From contig NC_135254.1 in NCBI RefSeq assembly GCF_964204865.1, positions 23,622,001-23,686,000 on the forward strand: a stretch of DNA of 64,000 bases, given 5' to 3'. The stretch comes from Styela clava (lineage: Eukaryota). How positions within the stretch are numbered: position 1 is the stretch's first letter; each line of letters opens with the position of its first letter. Made by a program: the position numbers and the translations under genes. Below the pieces are notes generated by a model that was given only the letters and a program-made list of their open reading frames with translations, ran no database searches and had not been told where the DNA came from. Positions 34,113-64,000 of the stretch are shown piece after piece.

Positions 34113-37100
34113 TTAAACTATTTTACCCAAAACTCCATCTTCAATAGAAGATTCTGGCTTTGTTGTTGTCTTCGGTTCAACAGCTGAAAATAAATGAAAA
34201 AATCACGTTTTAATAATCAACAAGAACATCGAAACCAACCTTCTAGCTAGCCTATATTTACAAACCAATATTTGAAACTTGTTTTTTTAGTTACGTTATG
34301 CTGTGATAAAATACGCTTAAGACTAACTTTTTATAGATGATGCTTCTGTTGGTACTACCGTAGGAGATGTTGTAATAACTGTAGGTGCGGGCGATGATGT
34401 CATAGTCTTCGAATCAGATGTCAGTCTTTTAACCATGTTCATTATTGCTACTACTTGTTTGCCATTGTGGTACGCTACGAAATTATAGTGTGGAAAAAAA
34501 ACTTGTTATAAATATCAGGGCTGAAGTTTGACTATTAAACTATTAAAAAGTATATATAAAATAAGTTGAACTTTGAATTTTAAACAGCATTTCAACAAAA
34601 CGGAAATCAATTTAATCAACATATTGAAACAAAGCATATCTGTTTTTAAACATAGATTAGAGATTATAATTTTTCCTAACAGTTAGAACTATAAAATCGC
34701 ATCGCTTGATTCAATCTAGCAACCTACCGTAGTTTGAGTCGGTGTATCCCCAACTGCAATCGAAAAAACAAAACAAATGACAATAGATATGAATAGTACA
34801 TGTTTACCTATACTACGTGCAAATCTGCTACATTTTTAAACGATTGATCACGTATGCGGCAGAAATATCAGAAACATCTTATTAATTGCTATTTCGTGTA
34901 CTTTTTAAAGAATTATGGAAAATAAATTAGGATATGTCTACATTGAAAACTGAAACATCACGAGTTTTAATTTAACAAGATCGGATACGTTTCAACTATC
35001 TTTGATACTGTTCGATATTGCACGTTTCATGGACAATTAAATTCAGTAAATCTGGAATGATGCAAGACCAAAAAAGTGGAAAATTTGAATTGCATATCGT
35101 AGAATTATTCAATTATACTTGAAAAAAATTATTTATTCCAAACGTTTGTTGAACTCTTATTTAACAATATGCATACGTGATAAAACATAAACATGTTGAT
35201 AGGATTGTGTTCCAACTTACAAGTCCCAACATCCATCGGGGTTGGAGATGGGAATCACTGACGCTTGAGGATATATGACAATAATATTATTCAATGCCGC
35301 AACCTCATTATAACCAGTCTCCATAACATACGAATCTCCGATGAAGCTATCACCTTGTTCACATCCATGAATAGAAACATGTAGACGGCATGCTGAAAAA
35401 TTCAAAACTTTCAAAATAACCTATATATATATATCACCCATTAGCCTACATCACTCAACAACTCAGGCTTTTAATACAAAGGAAATTAGATTCCAAGAAA
35501 ATGACGGTGGCCGTTTTGGCTACTACTATTAAACTGCTATAGTCAAATTTTCAGTACTCTCTTAGTTAACGTTATAGGTAAAAATAAACGAAACATACTA
35601 TTTTTAGACACCCAGACAAAATGCTGATACAGTCGATACTATATTGCCTCGGTATCGAAGAACGCGGTTTCAATCTTGTTACAGTTGTAAAGCTAGGAAA
35701 TTCGCATTGTATTATGAATAGCTAATGAAATTACAATACTTTCTGTTGCTCCAGTGCAGGAATCTGGCACAAAAATATACCCTTTGGAATCCATTCCAAT
35801 TGATGACGGGTTCAGAGAATTAATGAATTCAGATTGGTCATATGTAAAAACCGTGCCTCGCGGAGCAGGAGCTGTCGACGAATAACTTGGAACCTGAATA
35901 TTAAAGTATCTCCGTAAAACTCAATTGCAAATAGTTGATTATTGCTTACTGAAGTGTAAACTCTTGTGAACATTACTTAATATTACGTAATAGGATGGCT
36001 GATAGAATAGTGTTTTCGTTTTACGAGCTATGTGATTGCAGACTATCGATTACACTCTTTCGCTATATCTTTTCCTCCTTGAATCATGTGTGTCAGTGCT
36101 TGAAGACAAAAAGAATCATTCGCTACATTTTATTCAAACCTGTTTTAAGATCACAGGATTTGTAATGGGATCCTGATTCTTGTAGCACATATATATCTGT
36201 GATTTTCGTACCTCGAGGTTTCCGCCGTATATGTGATTAAGAAGATGATAAGCAGAATCGTAATTACAGTCATTTATGTAAGTTCTGTATATTCTGTTAC
36301 ACGCTCCACCATTGTTCATTGTGACCTGAAATTTGAAATAAGGAATTTAGAATCGAAGAAAGTTTTAATACTACCGGAATACTATACTGCAATCGAATAC
36401 TAATATTGTCACATAAAAGCTATTATCTCACAAATCCATGCTCTGCAACAATGTCATACTGTGTCAAAATGTTGGCGGGATTAACAAACTCTTCGTAGAA
36501 TTCCTGAGCTTTCGTCATCACACCTGGGAATAAAATGTTCTATTATGTTGTGTTCTTTCAAAGGCTGTCTTTTAGGATTGGATACTCTACTCACCTGGCT
36601 TGACGATCGAATCCTCTTTTCCACTAAAAAGATAGAGTCTAGAATTGTACAGATTATTGAGCGAGCTTATTCGACCCAAGTCAGCTTGTGCTTTTGCGTT
36701 TTCTATTAAACTTTTTGCTTGTATCATATATGGTGAAGACATGCATGCTGTCAAAGAATTTGATAGAGAATCATGTGCGCAGTTGTATGGACCTGTAACA
36801 CAGGAGGAAAAGGTTTATATAATGACACAGAAATTCTATTTCATCACAATGTTTTAACTGACTATTCAATGTTTCGTATTAAACTGAGACAAGAAACAAC
36901 AGATCTATACGAAGGTTTGAAATAATGCTCATTCACTGTGTGTGTAGTTACAATTAAAACAATATAGGATGGCATGCACTATGGAAATTGTTGAGCGTGA
37001 TGATAAATGAGGTCAACATTTGGCCTATCGATTTTCTGTACCGTTAAAGCTATTTGATGTGCGCTACCCTTACCTCCAGCTACAACTCCAGCACCCATGA

Positions 37101-37910
37101 AAGTATCAGATTCAATGACATGCAGCTGTACTGCCATAAATCCTCCCGACGAGAATCCACTAACAGAAATTGCAGCAGTATCAATATTGTAGGATCCTCA
37201 TCAAAAAAAAAAAATCAGTCAACAAATAGCTGTATCAGAATACTTAATTCATTATTCATATATTATGTTTCATCACATTTCATATATATTGCTAAATTGA
37301 ATGGTTTCATTACATTTGAACCCACAACAATTGCACCTATGAACTTTTTTTTTTCGGATATTTGAACACATACTAACCCTAACCCATGGATTTAGCACCC
37401 GCAAATAGATTGAACCCGTGAAAATTAACCTATTGTGGATTATTCTAGACAGGTGGTTTAGAACCTTTTTCGTGAAAGAAAACTCCAATGAAACATTCCA
37501 GAGCCTCCATAAAATTCATTTAATGGTCTCTTATTGCAAAAACAAATATATATGTATATATAGAGCAATCCTCCTAATACAGACAAAATGATTCTATAAT
37601 ACTAGCAAACACAATACACATTTATTCATATTTAAATATGAATAATATAGACTCTGGACTGTACTGGCGGAACACTAGGGTTCAGCGGAATATGGACGTG
37701 TTCGTTTACGAACTCAAAACTATTGTTATAAAATTGCAATTGAAGCCTCTGAATAATTAAACATAACAATGTCAGTCAGCCTCTGAATCCCTAAACTTAG
37801 TTACACCAACACTTACCAAGCTTTCCTTCGTTTGGAGCAGCGAAACTTGAATAACAGTAGAGACAAAATATGCAACATAAAAGTTGCCATATTCGTATGA
37901 AATTCATCAT
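34113..37910 (-). CDS. PHB depolymerase-like partial duplicate (copy A): signal peptide, one catalytic domain and a Ser/Thr linker; about 396 aa if it reads through the last donor
   Basis: Exons 37910-37817, 37196-37074, 36792-36595, 36523-36432, 36325-36212, 35893-35740, 35392-35221, 34753-34728, 34474-34328, 34183-34127. All are in frame with intact splice sites. Triad intact (GFSSG, SGKEDSIV, AEHGF). The 3' end is ambiguous: read-through to TAA at 34115-34113, or splicing into 31480. Confidence 0.82.
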
Positions 37911-38527
37911 TCGGTGTTTGCAAGATACCTCCCTAAATCCGTTTAATGAAAATTTGCAAAATAGATGTACGTTATTTCAAGATGTGTTTGGGCTGTTCAA
38001 GTCTGATTATCTAGATAAGAAGTACGATATATATATACATCAAAATATTTACACTCGGATATGTGTAATCAGATATATAACAATATTACCCTGGTTTTGA
38101 CCTCTCCGCAATAAACAGGAAAATTTGCGTGAAACCCGAATATTGGGAAAACTTCATTGGTCCTAGAAATTCTGTACGCTACCAGATATTTGCCATACCA
38201 ACATCAACATTTAAAAAAAGGGCAACAGCCGATAAACCTGACTATTAATCATTGGATACCAGTTCGTATTATTTATTTGTTTGTGAGATATCCGTGAGAC
38301 TTTTTCTTTGCGTTGCACATGTTTGAACGGGAGATGATGACGCAGAGAGTCTAAAAACCCAATCCAAATTTGAGATATTAGAGACCATCGATAAATAAAT
38401 ACAGACAGCACAATGGGGATTTTTCATTCGCTGATGTTTATTATAGTGGCCAACCTGACTTCGACTAAAATCTTCAAAATAGCTCGACTGGTCGGTAAGG
38501 TCATAAACATAAAATGGATACTGAATA

Positions 38528-39344
38528 TCGTCACGCCAATAACCGAATTGCGTAAGTCATTTTTGGCGATTTTGAGTTTTTTTTATAAAATAGGTATTTA
38601 GGTAATGCTGCGCACCTGTCTGTTAACTCAGATTTTATTTTATAAATTCTGAAACCCATAAAGATGGAGATTTAGTATGACATGCACATTTGTGCAATTG
38701 TTTCGTCATAATGAATTATCAATGTTACCGCAGGACTATTGTGACGTCACAAAGGCAAAATAACCTCGGCGAAGTATTTTCGAGTTTTGCATCTCGGATT
38801 CTAGCTTAGCGCGTATTAATTTGAATTTATACTACAGTATAGGAAGACCTGCACTTGTGATATTCACTGTCCGAGTCCAATTCACCTTGGTTAGCTTTTA
38901 TATTGGGTGCATTGCTGTTTTATTCTTTATATTTAATCTTAGTCTTATTTCGGTGGGTGTGCAGAACGTGTTATATTGATGAAATATATATTTTTAAACA
39001 TAAAAAATAATGTAATTGAAACTGATTAGCTATTTTGGGGATTAGACATTGTAGATACTGAGAATTACATTCGTTTTTGGAATGTTTAGTTTTCAGGACT
39101 GGTGCATATAGTAAAGTTGCAAAATTGCGTATGTCCCCAAGTCTTGGACACATTTCTGCCTTAGTCACAGTGTGCCATTATGACGTCACTTAACTGCGTC
39201 ATACAAATTAACTTAAATCCGGCTACGATCAAAAAATTGAACCATTGCAAATTATTGACTCCCAATGGCATAACAATATCATTAGAAGTTCAAAACTCAA
39301 AACTGCTAAAAATGACTTACGCAATTCGGTTATTAGCGTGACGA
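38528..39344. mobile_element. MITE with about 50-bp TIRs, present only upstream of depolymerase copy A
   Basis: TCGTCACGCCAATAACCGAATTGCGTAAGTCATTTTT... and its inverted copy ending at 39344. The paralogous empty site GAATATGCAG is at about 32908. The TSD is either TA/CA or ATAT/ACAT. Confidence 0.85.
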
Positions 39345-40601
39345 CATGCAGATAACTGCAAGTATCTATATACATATATTATCTAAACAGGGAAAAATGA
39401 AATTTCTCTAACCATAAATGTTACATGACTGCTCAAACTATAGTATCTAATTTAAAATTTCCTCCAAGTCCGATTCGTCGTTCGCTTGGAATAAAAATTA
39501 ATTAGGCATTCTGAATTTTAATGTCACTACCGTTGCGAATAAAATTTACCACTATACTCTTTGAGCAAGACTATAACTTTCGCATACTGCAGAATTCATT
39601 GCAGGATCGTTTTTCAGTCAAAACGCACGCCATTTACGGCGAAACCTTCATTTGATACGTATTAATACGATCCAATTAGCTTGTCATACTCAAATACTGT
39701 ATGTATATATCGTATTTGGCACATGTTCCACAAATTTTTGGGGTATGTTATTAAATTCACTCAACATCAGACGCGATCGACTACTCGAGTCGTTGTAATG
39801 GTACATTTAATAGGAAATTGAAAACGTCGTTAAACAAATGCCCACAAATTCGTGAGAATTTTCACGCACTTCCTGTAAACACGTTGGAATACAGGACGCT
39901 GGCAGAAACGGGCCTGCTCGTCGGTGGCTATGGGATAGAAATGGAAGACGTTATAATGAAATAGGACTTAATTACTGATTATTAATTATTAGAAATGATT
40001 ATATGCGGAAAGGCATCCGTCCTTGCTGCCGAACTGAAGTTCGCGAGATGAAAAATCATTTGTGTTCGACATGCTTTTTTCTGCACATAGTACATGCAGA
40101 ATCGAAAGAAGCATCTGGTATTACCTATTACAGACGGACCAAGCAATACTAAACTGCATAATATGAGCTTACATCACTATCTGTGGTTCATTAATAGCCA
40201 GGATATTGGGTAAAACAGCCATAATTTTCGACGACGTATGAAAGTTTCCAATTGCCGAGTATAAACATTTATATATATACTGGTATTTAGACAGCTAGTG
40301 TGATATCGTTGAATATGGGTAAAATATCAGATGTTTCCACAGATATCAATACGTCCTTCCAATTACATCTGTACTTAACATATCTTCCCCCATAAAAAAT
40401 AAAACCCAAAACAAAAAAACTCCAACGCCCTGGCGATGCGATCACACAGTTATTATTAACTAAGATGAAGTTTAATTGATCCATAACAACATTTGGCAAA
40501 AAATACAAAGCTTAATCTCAATGGTTATGAAAAATTGGTACAAAACAGAATTAACACTCATTATAGCTAAAGAATATATAAAGATGAAAAACATAATTAG
40601 A

Positions 40602-64000
<23,399 letters not shown>

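Larger units (their letters stand above)
28316..39825. repeat. Recent tandem segmental duplication, about 5.8 kb units (28316-34095 and 34096-39825)
   Basis: Exons, introns and upstream sequence align colinearly between the two units. At the junction near 34090-34105, upstream sequence GGTACATTTAATAGGAAAT (also at about 39800) abuts intron-10 sequence ATTAAAC.ATTTTACCCAAAACTCCATC (also at about 28330). Confidence 0.92.

Noticed and set aside
32549-34187. Several 65-80 aa ORFs between the depolymerase copies
   Set aside because: Apart from the 57-nt linker exon on the minus strand, they are not preserved as ORFs in the paralogous unit and look like chance ORFs in promoter DNA.
24118-37910. 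Bacterial or fungal contamination, or very recent HGT, as the source of the depolymerase
   Set aside because: The genes have many spliceosomal introns with host repeats and host-like base composition. Ancient HGT cannot be judged without a phylogeny.

Overview
AT-rich, intron-containing eukaryotic (animal) DNA. The compact introns, tRNA-derived SINE and Buster-type hAT elements would fit an ascidian or another marine invertebrate, but the taxon is only an inference. I hand-spliced five genes, checking every exon phase. On the + strand: alpha-tubulin acetyltransferase ATAT1 (10 coding exons, 9122-18572) and an intronless gamma-glutamylcyclotransferase (19928-20461). On the - strand is a head-to-tail alpha/beta-hydrolase cluster with three parts. 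(1) A giant type-I membrane protein with at least 4 tandem carboxylesterase domains (over 2060 aa inside the window, 33 exons, starts beyond 64000). Its membrane-proximal domain lacks the catalytic Ser. (2) A secreted fungal-type poly(3-hydroxybutyrate) depolymerase-like gene with two tandem domains, the second lacking the catalytic His. (3) A recent 5.8 kb partial tandem duplicate of that gene, which could encode a one-domain enzyme or splice into a three-domain one. The rest is nested transposon debris: hAT elements with clear 8-bp TSDs, a dead Buster transposase, LINE fragments, SINEs, MITEs and a higher-order tandem repeat.
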